48,130 bases of DNA from Candidatus Methanovirga aequatorialis (GCA_031282205.1 JAITEE010000148.1:1-48130), one strand, 5' to 3'; counted from the stretch's first letter, positions 21,141 through 32,797 are shown. The notes: generated by a model not told the origin, from the letters alone. Translations and numbers: made by a program.

Positions 21141-21345
21141 TTCATATCGTAGTGTTTTATAAATTTTCAAATCTTTATGAAATATTTACCAACTACAGCT
21201 TCATATCATAGAGCCTTGTAATATATCTTCAAATTTCCAGGAATACTTACCAACTACAACTTCATACCTTAGTGCCTCGTAATAAATCTTTAAATTTCTA
21301 TGAATATTTACTCACTATAATTCATCATACTCTTATAAAAAGTTT
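21141..21345. repeat. degenerate tandem repeat, ~61-62-nt period, about 3.5 copies
   Basis: Units start at 21168, 21230 and 21292, with a partial unit at 21141. The shared core is taccaactaca(g/a)cttcata. Confidence 0.75.
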
Positions 21346-21552
21346 AGTGAATTAAAAAACTCTAAAATAAATATTAATATGTAGTTTTTATTATTTATCT
21401 TAAAAATCAATTAAAAACAATTAAATTGGTAGAGTAACAATTTTTAATGATAGTTCAAATATAAAAAAATCAATTTTTTTTAAAAAAAAATCAATAAATA
21501 AAATTCTATTTCAAAATAAATAAAATTTATACAAACAACCATCGTCTGCAAA

Positions 21553-22323
21553 ATGGCCATCATATTAAAAGATAATAAAACGAAAATGAGGAATGAAATG
21601 AACATTAAAAAGGGACTGCATTTAATTAAAAAAGATGTTAAAGGAAGTTTAATAGAAAACAAGTATGCTCTACTACTATCAACACTGTTATTCATAGTAC
21701 CATTATTTTTAGGATACCTACTCTCATCTAGTTTAAGAGAATTTATGGATCCTGTTCTTAATGCCTTCAAACAAAAAATTGTTAATGGAGAAATAAAATT
21801 AACTGCTGAATCAATATTTATTAATAATTTTAAAGCTATTCTAATCGAATACACTGGAGCAACATTTTTTGGATTAATTACGGTTGCAAATTTAATACTA
21901 AATGGGTTGTTAGTTGGATATTTTGGCTCTAAAATAGATTCAAAAACTTTCCTACTAGGTATCACCCCACATGGAATATTTGAAATTCCAGGCCTAATCA
22001 TTGGAGGAACCGCTGGATTTACTTTACTATATTTTATATTCAATTTTATTAAAGACGTTACAACATACAACACCGATCCAAATCCAATCCAATATACTCG
22101 TCATGCCAATGAAAGTTATTACAACGACGAGTACTTTAAGAGATATGAGGAAAAATATTTTAACAAGACCAAGATCTCCAAAAGATTTAGTTATGGTATA
22201 AACAACAACTATAAAAAATTAAAGCAGTCCATTATTTTATTTTCAATAGCTACAGTTTTACTTGTTGTAGCAGCATTTATTGAAGCAAAAATCACACCAG
22301 AAATAATTCACATCTTCAGCTAG
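21553..22323 (+). CDS. SpoIIM-like (DUF95) membrane protein
   Basis: The TPHGIFEIPGLIIGGTAG motif is typical of the stage II sporulation protein M family. Multi-TM. Confidence 0.6.
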   Translation: MAIILKDNKTKMRNEMNIKKGLHLIKKDVKGSLIENKYALLLSTLLFIVPLFLGYLLSSSLREFMDPVLNAFKQKIVNGEIKLTAESIFINNFKAILIEYTGATFFGLITVANLILNGLLVGYFGSKIDSKTFLLGITPHGIFEIPGLIIGGTAGFTLLYFIFNFIKDVTTYNTDPNPIQYTRHANESYYNDEYFKRYEEKYFNKTKISKRFSYGINNNYKKLKQSIILFSIATVLLVVAAFIEAKITPEIIHIFS

Positions 22324-22597
22324 CTTTATTAAAAATTCAATCCTTAAACAATCACCACATCAACAAATGATGAAAAGGTTTATTGAAATGGAAGAATAGG
22401 AAAATAGAAAGTTTTTCTAATAAATCGGCTTTGTAGAAATCATGTTTGAATTTTTATGTTAAATGTTTTTATGTAGCGGATTGAAACAATAAAACGTATA
22501 TCGATTTATTGTTAAAATAAGTTATGACTATTAAAAAATAGTGATCTATGAAGAAAAATAATTCAAATAAGATTATAAACCATAAAAAGTGATTTTA

Positions 22598-23995
22598 ATG
22601 ACAGGTACAAAAAAAATGATTTGTTTAGTGGATGGAGAACATTACCTTCCTGTAACCAAAGCGGCTATTAATGTTTTCGAAAACATGAATCATGTTGAAG
22701 TGGTAGCCATTGTATTTATTGGAGGAACCGAAAAGTTAAGAACAGACGATCCAGATAGTTACAGTGAAATGATGGGTACGCCAGTTTATTTTGGTGAAAG
22801 TAAAAATGAAGTACCCTACGATCTAATTGTAGATACGATCAAAAAATATGATGCCGATGTTGTTATGGATTTAAGTGATGAACCAATTTTAGATTATACT
22901 AAAAGGTTTAAAATAGCTTCAAAAGTTTTGTCTCTTGGAATACCATACAAAGGACCTGATTTTAACTTCCAACCACTAACACAGTATGATATAGTTGAAA
23001 AACCATCGATCAAAATATTAGGAACAGGGAAAAGAATAGGTAAAACAGCAGTTTCAGCATTTGCCGCGAGAAAAATCCATGAAAACAATTATAATCCCTG
23101 CGTAATAGCTATGGGTAGGGGAGGACCTGAAACTCCTGAAATAGTTCATGGAGACAAAATGAAAATAACTCCAGAATTTCTAATGGAACAGTCAAATAAA
23201 GGAGTTCATGCTGCATCAGACCATTGGGAAGATGCATTAATGAGTAGAGTACTAACCATTGGTTGTAGGCGATGTGGTGGAGGAATGTCTGGAGATGTTT
23301 TCTTAACAAATATGGAAGAAGGAGCTAAGATAGCCAACAATCAAGATGTTGAACTTCTCATTTTCGAAGGAAGTGGTGCAGCTATTCCACCAATAAAAAC
23401 CAATAGAAGTATAGTATTAATTGGGGCAAATCAGCCCTTAATCAACATCGAAAATTTTTTTGGGCCGTTTAGAATTGCATTAGGCGATTTAATTATTTTA
23501 ACAATGTGTGAAAACCCAATGGCATCAAAAGAAAAAGTTGAAAAAATTGAAGAGATCATCAAGGAAATTAAACCAGAGGCAACACTAATTTCAACCGTTT
23601 TTAGACCTAAACCCTTGGAAAACATAAAAGGTAAAAACGTTTTATTCGCAACGACAGCACCAAATACAATAAAAAATGTTTTAGTAGAACATCTTGAAGA
23701 AGAATATGGATGTAAAGTTGTTGGAACAACGTCTCATCTTTCCAATAGGTCTTTACTTAAAAAAGATATTAACAAATATATCGATGAAGCAGACGTTATG
23801 TTAACAGAACTTAAAGCGGCAGCAGTTGATGTTGCAACAAAAGATTCTCTTGAAGCAGGTTTAAAAGTTGTTTATTGTGATAATGTACCAATAGTCATCA
23901 ATGAAACGTACCCTGATTTATCAAAATCCATAATCGATCTAGTTGACTTGGCCATTGAAGATTTTAATAAGGAGAATAAAGATCCAATCCTTTAA
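22598..23995 (+). CDS. cpgS: cyclic 2,3-diphosphoglycerate synthetase
   Basis: The [10 protein letters not shown]-terminus, [13 protein letters not shown]-loop and ~460-aa length match my memory of the cDPG synthetase family. The start could be at 22589, 22598 or 22616. Confidence 0.7.
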   Translation: MTGTKKMICLVDGEHYLPVTKAAINVFENMNHVEVVAIVFIGGTEKLRTDDPDSYSEMMGTPVYFGESKNEVPYDLIVDTIKKYDADVVMDLSDEPILDYTKRFKIASKVLSLGIPYKGPDFNFQPLTQYDIVEKPSIKILGTGKRIGKTAVSAFAARKIHENNYNPCVIAMGRGGPETPEIVHGDKMKITPEFLMEQSNKGVHAASDHWEDALMSRVLTIGCRRCGGGMSGDVFLTNMEEGAKIANNQDVELLIFEGSGAAIPPIKTNRSIVLIGANQPLINIENFFGPFRIALGDLIILTMCENPMASKEKVEKIEEIIKEIKPEATLISTVFRPKPLENIKGKNVLFATTAPNTIKNVLVEHLEEEYGCKVVGTTSHLSNRSLLKKDINKYIDEADVMLTELKAAAVDVATKDSLEAGLKVVYCDNVPIVINETYPDLSKSIIDLVDLAIEDFNKENKDPIL

Positions 23996-24086
23996 AAATA
24001 AATATGATTTTTTTTAAATTTTGAAATTATTAAACTATTATTTAAAATTGATATAAATCAATTTTATAATTTTAATTTGAATAACA

Positions 24087-24635
24087 TTGAATTTTTATGG
24101 TGTTTTTTTGAAACAAGAAAAAGTTAAAAAATTGTTGAGTTTCACAATTAAAGAAAACAATGTAATTAGAGCTTTAAAGCTTCCCCAAGAAATCTTTCTA
24201 CCTTTACTTTTTTCTGTTCATTATGGTGGAGATTGGAGCCTTAAAAAAAATTCTAAAAAGCTGATGTCCATAAAAGAAAAACTCACCAAATATGATGAAA
24301 ATAGAAAAGTTGGTTGTACGTTGGAATTAATTTATCTGTTTGTCAACCCAGTACTAGTTTCAGAAGAGGGTAAAATTTATAGAATGGAAAAATGTAGCAA
24401 CAACAACGAGAGAAAGTTAGTTGAAAGACCTTATAAACTTACAATCAATGGAGAGTACATTCTTAAAGCAACTCTTGATCCAAAAAAGATGAAAATATTT
24501 TTAAAACGTTTAGAAGGTCCAATAAATTTCTTGGGACCATGTGCTTATGGTGCCTCCCATGAGATAGAACATCTTAATCATGACTCCATTAAGGGCGTTC
24601 CTTTCTATGATTTCGAATATATTTTAGAAGAATAA
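24087..24635 (+). CDS. hypothetical protein
   Basis: 182-aa ORF with a TTG start. No motif recognised. Start uncertain. Confidence 0.4.
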   Translation: MNFYGVFLKQEKVKKLLSFTIKENNVIRALKLPQEIFLPLLFSVHYGGDWSLKKNSKKLMSIKEKLTKYDENRKVGCTLELIYLFVNPVLVSEEGKIYRMEKCSNNNERKLVERPYKLTINGEYILKATLDPKKMKIFLKRLEGPINFLGPCAYGASHEIEHLNHDSIKGVPFYDFEYILEE

Positions 24636-24674
24636 TGTAACGATATTCTTTTCTCATAATTTCTAAATAGACAT

Positions 24675-25622
24675 TTAAAATAGATACTCCTTTTCAATGA
24701 AATCCTTATTTTTCATGGCCTTGTCTTTTATAAACTCAAAGATAATTTCATTAAACAATTTATAATTAATAATATTCCATAGATGAATAGCTCTGTAAAT
24801 ACTGAATACTTGCGACCTTGGAAAATGATTTTGAATTATTTTTGCAGAGTCAACAACTTTTGGATATTCCTTAGTTCCATATAAAATTAACAAGTTTGGA
24901 AAATTGTTGATCTTGTTAGGTACTCTATATTTTAAGTGTTCCTCTGTAATCTTAAAAAAGTTGTCAACATTTACCGATAGTTTTAATCGATCAAAATATT
25001 CTTTTCCAATTCCATACTCTGCTAAAAATCCACGAATGATAAAATTTGGATGTTTTTTATCTAAAATACTAATTCTACACTCCTTCATACCGTTTAATAA
25101 TTCTTCAATTCTTTTATTTTCATCGTTTTCGATTTTAATAGCTATTTCGTTAATATCTTCAATATCCATTTGGTCTTCTTTATTGACGGTTGTCTCACAG
25201 ATAACGTCACCACCACCTCTTTTATTAAAATCTACAACATTATTCCTATTAGTTATTTCATCAACAACCTCATTTTTAACGTTAACTCCACTAATAATAG
25301 CTGTTTCAATAATATTGGGATATTTATATAACAAATCAACGATGATGACTCCACCAATAGCTATTCCAACTAAGTGAACTTTTTTACCCTTCAAATCGTT
25401 AGTTATAAGATTTTTAATAAGTTCTACACAGTTTTTTATTGAAAAATTCATGTCAATTTGGGTCTTACCATGTTCTATTAAATCTAAATAGATACAATGA
25501 TAATTATTAAATTGTTTCCTTTGTTTTTCCCAAATCCAACTACCCAACAAATTACTATGAATGAAGAGGATAACTTCTTTATTTTTTCTTCCTTCCTCGA
25601 TGTAATACAATTTTTTTTCCAT
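24675..25622 (-). CDS. alpha/beta-fold hydrolase with a large acidic insertion
   Basis: VILFIHS (oxyanion region) and the nucleophile elbow VGIAIGG. I chose the ATG at 25622 (MEKKLYYIEEG). Confidence 0.65.
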   Translation of the reverse strand: MEKKLYYIEEGRKNKEVILFIHSNLLGSWIWEKQRKQFNNYHCIYLDLIEHGKTQIDMNFSIKNCVELIKNLITNDLKGKKVHLVGIAIGGVIIVDLLYKYPNIIETAIISGVNVKNEVVDEITNRNNVVDFNKRGGGDVICETTVNKEDQMDIEDINEIAIKIENDENKRIEELLNGMKECRISILDKKHPNFIIRGFLAEYGIGKEYFDRLKLSVNVDNFFKITEEHLKYRVPNKINNFPNLLILYGTKEYPKVVDSAKIIQNHFPRSQVFSIYRAIHLWNIINYKLFNEIIFEFIKDKAMKNKDFIEKEYLF

Positions 25623-25701
25623 ATTTACTATGGTATCGATACCAGTTCTTATTAATATTTTTCGGATAAAAGTCGTTATCACTACAATTCTACAGATGAA
25701 G

Positions 25702-26793
25702 TTATGTGATAATTTTATGTAACTCCATCATTTTAATGGCCGTTTTTATTTCAAGGGCTATTCTTCTTCCCATACTCATTCCTGAACCATATTTTAAATA
25801 GCTGTAAGAAGAACCATTCATAAAAGAGTTGGTTCCACCATCAATCCTTGCACTAATTTCAAACACAATAATCTCAAGATCATCATTAACAAGAGTCTGC
25901 ATACAAAATGGGCCATTCAATCCAGGAGCAACTAACTTATTAGCTGATTTTACCAACTTATCCCCAATATCAAACACTTTAGTGAGTAAAGACTCTCTCA
26001 TAACAACAGGGTGGTTACCAGTGATTATATACGATGGACCAAGATCCATATCCAATTGGTCCTTAGATGGGATTCTTACAATACCATCAATACTTGATTC
26101 ATATCTACTATCCATACCCATCAATTCAACTTCGTCATTTAATGGTGAATAGAAGTAGTGTATACAATAATTACAACCAGCAACGTACTCTTCAATATGA
26201 GCTTGTTCAACATCCTCATCCTCTATCCAACCTCTTGATTTCATATCATTAATTTTGCGATTAAACTCATCAGAAGAAGATGCAACAAAGTATCCTCTCC
26301 CTCCTCTTGCTCCAGGAAATTTAACCATAACTGACCTATCAATATCCTTTGAATCATCATATTTTTTAGGAATTCTAATATCTTCTCCAACCAACAATTT
26401 TCTTTCAAGACCTCTTTCAGCTTCCCATCGTAGAATACTTCGATTTCCATACATAGGAACCATGAAATCATTTTCGATTTCATCAAGACCAGCGTAAGCA
26501 ACAAACGAACCATGTGGAATGACAACACAGTTCAACGATTTTAACTTCTCTTGAATATCCAGATTAACAATATCACTAAATTTATCCACTAAAATATATT
26601 CATCGGCTACATTAAATCGCCTGTAAGGAGTTTCTCTTCCTTTTTCACATACAACAGCCGTTTTAAAACCCTCTTCCTTGGCACCATTTAAAATATGTAA
26701 CGCTGTGTGGCTTCCAAGTGTAGCTATCGTTATCTCGTCATTATCATATCCATCTAAAACATCAATTATTTCTTCCTTCTTTACATTACTCAT
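25702..26793 (-). CDS. purP: 5-formaminoimidazole-4-carboxamide ribonucleotide (FAICAR) synthetase
   Basis: IATLGSHTALHILNGAKEEGF and an ATP-grasp pattern. I chose the ATG 8 nt after a GGAGGA site (MSNVKK) rather than the ATG embedded in that site. Confidence 0.85.
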   Translation of the reverse strand: MSNVKKEEIIDVLDGYDNDEITIATLGSHTALHILNGAKEEGFKTAVVCEKGRETPYRRFNVADEYILVDKFSDIVNLDIQEKLKSLNCVVIPHGSFVAYAGLDEIENDFMVPMYGNRSILRWEAERGLERKLLVGEDIRIPKKYDDSKDIDRSVMVKFPGARGGRGYFVASSSDEFNRKINDMKSRGWIEDEDVEQAHIEEYVAGCNYCIHYFYSPLNDEVELMGMDSRYESSIDGIVRIPSKDQLDMDLGPSYIITGNHPVVMRESLLTKVFDIGDKLVKSANKLVAPGLNGPFCMQTLVNDDLEIIVFEISARIDGGTNSFMNGSSYSYLKYGSGMSMGRRIALEIKTAIKMMELHKIIT

Positions 26794-27228
26794 AACATTT
26801 TCCTCCATTATGAATCCAAAAAATATAACCTTAGTGTAGGTTGAGATGATTAATTTCTATTTAGAGAAATTGTATTCATATTTATCATCTTCTATTATTA
26901 ACTTGATCTGTATAAATAAAAAGATTTAAAAAAGAAAAAAAAATATAAATGAGGATGAATAAAAGAAGTTTAAAAAGTAGTGAACTTAACCACAAACAAT
27001 CTTCAATCGTTGATCTATTAAATAATTTGATTCATAACATATAAAGATCAAATTTTAAATAAAAAGTTTCATGAAAATTTAAATAATATGATCTCCTTCA
27101 AACTTTAGTCCGAAACCTATAAAATCTGAAGATGAGATAACAAAACTTCTTTAGCTGAAAATAAATCTTCAACAACGAAATGTTTTTAAATAAGAAAACT
27201 ACAGATAAACATAAATAAGAGAGACAGA

Positions 27229-27603
27229 ATGGTAGAATTTAACAAACCTGGTTCTATTTTAATGAGCCTTTTTTTTGGAGTATTATTATCATTTTTATTC
27301 GACAATGTATTCATATTAGTCTTCATAGGATTTCTATCCACTTATTTGACAAATACCGATGAAAAAACTTACCTCGTTGGTATAGTAACCGCATTAATCT
27401 ACGCTACAGGTAATTTTATTCGAGGATTATTTATAACTCCACCTATCCCTCAAGCCATAATAACACATGCACCCTTAGACACGTTTAATTTACTTGTAGG
27501 ATTTTTAGTAACCTTATTAATAGCAGCATTTTTGGGATTCGTTGGAGCATATCCTGTACATTATACAAACGAACACTTTAAAAAGAATAAATACAAGTTT
27601 TAA
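27229..27603 (+). CDS. small multi-TM membrane protein
   Basis: 124-aa hydrophobic ORF. Confidence 0.5.
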   Translation: MVEFNKPGSILMSLFFGVLLSFLFDNVFILVFIGFLSTYLTNTDEKTYLVGIVTALIYATGNFIRGLFITPPIPQAIITHAPLDTFNLLVGFLVTLLIAAFLGFVGAYPVHYTNEHFKKNKYKF

Positions 27604-27727
27604 TACCGACAACCAATTTAATATACCTTGTTGTCTAACCTATAAATTCTTTTAAATAAAACATTCAATATGTTCTTCTAAATTTTTTCAATGATTTAGG
27701 AAGTTCAATCAAGTAAAAGTTAAAACC

Positions 27728-29062
27728 ATGAATATCGGAGTATTAGGTGGAACAAAAGGACTTGGAAAATCAATAGCTATTTTTCTAAAACGAAAAGGGT
27801 TCGATGTGACTATAACTGGTCGTGATGTTAGTTTAGGTTCTAAAGTTTCTAAAGAACTTGGAATTAGATACTGTGAGGATAATAAAAAAGTTGCTTCCTT
27901 AAGTGATATTGTAATCGTCTCAGTTCCCATTGATGCTGTTTGTGGTGTTATAACAGAAATAGCAACTTACTTAAAACCTGGTTCTCTAATTTTAGACGTT
28001 GCATCTGTAAAAGAGAAGCCATTCAATATTATGAAAGAATACATTCCCAAAGATGTTGAGTTCATTCCAACTCACCCTGTCTTTGGTCCAAGAACTACAA
28101 CGTTAGAAGGTCAAATTATTGTTTTAACGCCTGCAATCAAAGGAAAATGGTATGAAAAGCTTATTAAATTTTTAAATGAACATGAAGTTAGGATCATAGA
28201 AGTAAGTCCAAAAGAACATGACAAGATGATGGGAATCGTTCAAATTTTAACTCATTTTTCATATATCTCCACCGCTTCAACCATTTTAAAACTTGGAGTA
28301 GACATTAAAACCACACGTAAGTTCGCAAGCCCTATTTATAACCTTATGGTAGACATCATTGGACGAATTACATCACAAAATCCTTATCTTACTTACTCCA
28401 TTCAAAAGGAAAATGAATGTGGCGAAATGATTAGAGATGTCTTTGCAAAAACTGTAAACGAAATAAAAGAAGCAATATCCAATAACAATGAAGATGAATT
28501 CATTGATATCGTTAATAAAGCAACAAAAAACATGGATGATGTTCCATCTGCTTTAGGAAGAAGTGACAAGGCAGTTGATTCATTTACCAAAGAAATACGA
28601 AACCTTAAAAATTCTATAAATCAAGAAGTAGCCGTTAAAGATATTTATTCCAAGAAGATTCATTTTGGTATTTTAAATGAAATCAATCCTGATTTTATTA
28701 TCCTAAAAAATTCAAACTCTTCAACGTCACATACAACAAGGTTAAACTTAGCCAACATTGAAGTCTTATCAGATAGTGAATTTATAGAATGGAAAAAAAA
28801 CAATTTGCCTTCAAAAATTTATGGTGTTAAAGCAACATTCCCTAAAAACTCAAAACCAAAGGTTATAAAAGATACAATTAAAAAAATACCCGATGTTGTC
28901 GAGGTTAAAATAGATAACATTTATAGAGACCATCAAGACAAGAATATGATCAGTATAACCTTCTCTATTAAAACATTCAATAAAAAGTCATTGAAGAAAG
29001 TAAGTACCCTTTTAGAAGGATTTGGATCCAAAACCTTAGAAACTAAAAACAAGTTTCCCTAA
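27728..29062 (+). CDS. tyrA: prephenate dehydrogenase with a long C-terminal extension
   Basis: GGTKGLGKS Rossmann motif and the HPVFGP motif. Its ~440-aa length is as in other methanogen TyrA proteins. Confidence 0.8.
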   Translation: MNIGVLGGTKGLGKSIAIFLKRKGFDVTITGRDVSLGSKVSKELGIRYCEDNKKVASLSDIVIVSVPIDAVCGVITEIATYLKPGSLILDVASVKEKPFNIMKEYIPKDVEFIPTHPVFGPRTTTLEGQIIVLTPAIKGKWYEKLIKFLNEHEVRIIEVSPKEHDKMMGIVQILTHFSYISTASTILKLGVDIKTTRKFASPIYNLMVDIIGRITSQNPYLTYSIQKENECGEMIRDVFAKTVNEIKEAISNNNEDEFIDIVNKATKNMDDVPSALGRSDKAVDSFTKEIRNLKNSINQEVAVKDIYSKKIHFGILNEINPDFIILKNSNSSTSHTTRLNLANIEVLSDSEFIEWKKNNLPSKIYGVKATFPKNSKPKVIKDTIKKIPDVVEVKIDNIYRDHQDKNMISITFSIKTFNKKSLKKVSTLLEGFGSKTLETKNKFP

Positions 29063-29140
29063 ATTACTTCCAGTAACAAAAAATTAAAAGCAAGAAACTG
29101 TAGCTCATAATACTATATTTTAGTATTTAGAGAGCAAGAA

Positions 29141-29277
29141 TCTCTGGCTGATTATTAATAATCAGTCGGAGAGTGTGTCAATTGTGAAATCAATAACTGT
29201 GTTCTAAATTTTCCAAAAAAACTGATTTTGGCGAATGCCAAAATCCTTTTTGATCAAACTTTTTTCTAAAAAGTTTG
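29141..29277. terminator. three consecutive perfect hairpins between the convergent tyrA and dnaJ genes
   Basis: 29148-29165 ctgattatt/aataatcag; 29224-29245 gattttggc-gaat-gccaaaatc; 29255-29277 caaacttttt-tct-aaaaagtttg. Confidence 0.5.
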
Positions 29278-29280
29278 GGT

Positions 29281-30444
29281 TTAATGATTGATTGCCTCCT
29301 TAACTTTATCAAAGAATCCCTTTTCTATTGTTTTAATTTCATCACCACTAACTTTTGAAAATTCTTTAAGGATTGATTTTTGTTTATCACTTAGTTTTTG
29401 AGGAACTGCAACCTTAACAGTGACATAAAGATTACCTTTTGAATTTCTGTATAAAATAGGCATTCCTTGTCCTCTAAGTTTAAATGTCGATTCACTTTGC
29501 GTTCCAGGAGGAATGTTCAACTCAACACCATCAGAAATAGTTTTAACATCGACTTTATCACCCAAACACGCTTGAACAAAACTTATATGTTTCTCAGTGT
29601 AAAGGTTAGAGCCACTTCTTTCGAAGTCTTTATGTGGCTTTATATGGATTGAAACATATAAATCTCCATATCCACTATTGAATTCACCAGAGTTTCCATA
29701 TCCTGGAATTCTAATGCGATTTCCATCCTCAGCACCTGCGGGTATTTTAACATTAACGGTTTCAGGCTCATTGACTATTCCTTTACCATTACACTTATGA
29801 CAAGGGTTTTTAATTATTTTCCCTGTTCCATGACAGGTTCTACATACACTCATAACTATCTGCTGTCCAAAAAGACCATTACGAATATGTCTTTCTTGCC
29901 CTGAACCTCTACAAACTTCACAGGTTTCAATATCAGATCCAGATTCTGCTCCAGAACCATTACAAACAGAACATACAACATCATGATTAAGTGTAATATC
30001 TTTTTCAACACCTGTTGATGCTTCTTCTAAGGTGATCTTTATTTCTTTATATAAATCCGAACCTCTTTGAGGACCAGCTCTCCTACTACTTCCTCCACCA
30101 AATATTTCTGATAATATATCTCCAATTCCACCAAATCCTTGACCACCACCAAATCCTTGGAAGATATCATCAAAGTTCACGTTCCTAAATATATCCTCTT
30201 GACTAAATCCATCCATACCAGCATGACCAAATTGATCGTATCTTTGTTTTTTCTCTGCATCGGATAAGACAGCGTAAGCTTCACTTATTTCTTTAAATTT
30301 CTCAGTGAATTCTTCTTTTTCGTCGTTTTCAGCTTTATCTGGATGGTACTTCATTGCCAATTTACGATAAGCTTTTTTTATTTCTTTTTCATTGGCATTT
30401 TTATCTACGCCTAAAATTTCATAGTAGTCACGTTTTTCTGCCAT
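29281..30444 (-). CDS. dnaJ: chaperone DnaJ
   Basis: J-domain with HPD, a G/F-rich region, and four CxxCxGxG zinc motifs. Confidence 0.95.
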   Translation of the reverse strand: MAEKRDYYEILGVDKNANEKEIKKAYRKLAMKYHPDKAENDEKEEFTEKFKEISEAYAVLSDAEKKQRYDQFGHAGMDGFSQEDIFRNVNFDDIFQGFGGGQGFGGIGDILSEIFGGGSSRRAGPQRGSDLYKEIKITLEEASTGVEKDITLNHDVVCSVCNGSGAESGSDIETCEVCRGSGQERHIRNGLFGQQIVMSVCRTCHGTGKIIKNPCHKCNGKGIVNEPETVNVKIPAGAEDGNRIRIPGYGNSGEFNSGYGDLYVSIHIKPHKDFERSGSNLYTEKHISFVQACLGDKVDVKTISDGVELNIPPGTQSESTFKLRGQGMPILYRNSKGNLYVTVKVAVPQKLSDKQKSILKEFSKVSGDEIKTIEKGFFDKVKEAINH

Positions 30445-30639
30445 TTATTCACCTTATTAGTCATTATGATGTATATAATTATTAATATCACAGTTATTCA
30501 ACAAAATCTTTATTATACTAACGAATTAAATTTTTATTGTAGGATCCAATCAATGCGTGATGAATGAGAAATCCCTAACTTTACTCTCTTTTAAAAATTT
30601 GATCATGTAAATATTTTTAAAATCTTTATTTTATTATTT

Positions 30640-30677
30640 ATCATGCTAATTTTACTTAATCATGCTAATTTTACTTA
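30640..30677. repeat. perfect 19-nt tandem duplication in the dnaK-dnaJ spacer
   Basis: atcatgctaattttactta occurs twice, followed at 30708-30728 by the inverted repeat aatcatga-N5-tcatgatt. Confidence 0.7.
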
Positions 30678-30925
30678 AAATCGTTAAAAATTTATTATTA
30701 TTACTTTAATCATGATAATGTCATGATTTTAACTTAACAAGATAAAAAAAAAGATTTATAAAAACAATTTTCCTTATTTTAAAAAATTTATTTTTTAAGG
30801 TTAGAAAAATGGAATTTTTTTTTAAAATAAAAAAAAAGAAGATTAGTAAAAAAAAAACTAATCTTAAACTAAAAAAATGCTAACTAATCAGACTTTTATT
30901 TGATTTATAGTTTAAATTAATCTAC

Positions 30926-32797
30926 CTATTTTTTAACTTCATAGTCAGCATCTATTGTATCCTCATCTTTAGGAGAATCACCATTATTTTGAGTTTGCTC
31001 TTCTTGGGCTTGTTGTTGAGCTTGTGCTGCTGCTTCTTGATAAATTTTAGCACCGATCTCTTGGACAACCTTAGTAAGTTCATCGGTTTTCTCTTTAATA
31101 GATGTAATATCATCTTTAGGTAACTCTTCACGAAGTTCAGAGACTAATTTTTCTATATTAGATTTTTCATCATCAGAAATTTTATCTTTAAGATCTTCAA
31201 GAGTTTTTTCAGCGGTATATATCATTGAATCTGCATTATTTCTAATCTCAATTTCTTCTTGTTTCTTTTTGTCCTCTTCAGCATTTGTCTCTGCCTCTTT
31301 AACCTTTTCTTCAATTTCATCATCAGATAACTTATTTGAAGCTGTGATTGTAATGGTTTGTTCCTTATTAGTCCCCATATCTTTAGCAGAAACATTAATA
31401 ATACCATTTGCATCTATATCGAATGTGACTTCAATTTGAGGCATGCCTCTTGGTGCTGGTGGAATACCAACCAATTGAAATCTACCAAGAGTTGTGTTAT
31501 CTGCAGCCATCTTCCTTTCACCTTGTAAAACATGAATATCAACAGAAGGCTGATTATCTGCTGCTGTAGAGAATATTTGACTTTTTTTAGCAGGTATTGT
31601 GGTGTTTCTATCAATAAGAGTAGTTGAAACTCCACCTAAAGTTTCAATTCCAAGAGATAATGGTGTAACATCCAATAAAACTAAATCTTTAATTTCACCA
31701 GCTAAAACTCCACCTTGAATAGCCGCACCCATTGCTACGCATTCCATAGGATCGATTCCTCTTTCAGGTACTTTGTCTATAAATTTTTCAACGAATTTTT
31801 GTACTGAAGGCATCCTTGTAGGTCCTCCAACAAGAATGATCTTGTCAACATCTGATTTAGACATTTTAGCATCTTTTAATGCTTGTTCCATTGGATTTCC
31901 ACATTTTTTAATGATTGGATCAACTAATTCCTCTAATTTGGCTCTTGTTAAAGTGTTAATAAGGTTTTTAGGACCGTCACTTCCCATTGTAATAAATGGT
32001 AAGTTAATCTCTGTGGTTAAAGTTGTGGAAAGTTCTATTTTTGCTTTTTCTGCTGCTTCTCGAAGTCTTTGAACCGCTTGATCATCTTCCATCAAATCAA
32101 TACCAGTTCCGTTTTTAAACTCTCCAGCCAAATATTTCATTATGACGTTGTCCATATCTGTTCCGCCTAATTTGGTGTCTCCGCTTGTGGATTTAACTTC
32201 AAATACTCCTCCACCAAACTCCATTATAGTAACATCTAATGTTCCACCGCCTAAATCAAAAACTAAAATTTCAACTTCATCATCTGACTGTTTATCAAGA
32301 CCATAAGCCAAACTTGCTGCAGTTGGTTCATTAACAAGTCTTACTACATCCAAACCAGCTATTGTACCAGCATCTTTTGTGGCCGTTCTTTGATTATCAT
32401 CAAAGTAAGCAGGAACAGTGATTACGGTTTTTTTAACTTCTTCACCAAGGAAAGATTCAGCATCTTTTTTGATTTTCTGTAAGATAAAAGCAGAGATTTC
32501 TTGAGGAGTGTACTCCTTTCCTTGGATTTTAACCTTATAACCAGTTCCCATACTTCTTTTAATTGCACTGATAGTATTTTCAGGATTAGTAACAGCTTGT
32601 CTTCTTGCAGGTTCTCCAACTAATCTTTGCCCATCAGCTGTAAAAGCGACATAACTTGGAAATGCTTTACCATATTGACTTGCGCCCTCTGCACTTGGTA
32701 TGACTGTAGGTTTCCCACCGACTAAAACTGATGCTGCTGAGTTACTTGTTCCTAAATCAATACCAATAATTTTTTCTTTTTTCATATTTTCTGCCAT
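30926..32797 (-). CDS. dnaK: chaperone DnaK (Hsp70)
   Basis: [19 protein letters not shown] and the remaining Hsp70 signatures. I chose the ATG (MAENMKK) 5 nt after a GGTGA site. Confidence 0.95.
   Translation of the reverse strand: MAENMKKEKIIGIDLGTSNSAASVLVGGKPTVIPSAEGASQYGKAFPSYVAFTADGQRLVGEPARRQAVTNPENTISAIKRSMGTGYKVKIQGKEYTPQEISAFILQKIKKDAESFLGEEVKKTVITVPAYFDDNQRTATKDAGTIAGLDVVRLVNEPTAASLAYGLDKQSDDEVEILVFDLGGGTLDVTIMEFGGGVFEVKSTSGDTKLGGTDMDNVIMKYLAGEFKNGTGIDLMEDDQAVQRLREAAEKAKIELSTTLTTEINLPFITMGSDGPKNLINTLTRAKLEELVDPIIKKCGNPMEQALKDAKMSKSDVDKIILVGGPTRMPSVQKFVEKFIDKVPERGIDPMECVAMGAAIQGGVLAGEIKDLVLLDVTPLSLGIETLGGVSTTLIDRNTTIPAKKSQIFSTAADNQPSVDIHVLQGERKMAADNTTLGRFQLVGIPPAPRGMPQIEVTFDIDANGIINVSAKDMGTNKEQTITITASNKLSDDEIEEKVKEAETNAEEDKKKQEEIEIRNNADSMIYTAEKTLEDLKDKISDDEKSNIEKLVSELREELPKDDITSIKEKTDELTKVVQEIGAKIYQEAAAQAQQQAQEEQTQNNGDSPKDEDTIDADYEVKK

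Noticed and set aside
21176-21220. Mini-ORF MKYLPTTASYHRAL inside tandem-repeat unit 1, as a repeated peptide gene
   Set aside because: Unit 2 lacks the ATG (CAG instead) and unit 3 is frameshifted, so the repeats are not conserved at the peptide level.
21141-21345. Possible CRISPR array
   Set aside because: The repeats are contiguous with no unique spacers, are about 62 nt long and are degenerate. No cas genes are present in the window.
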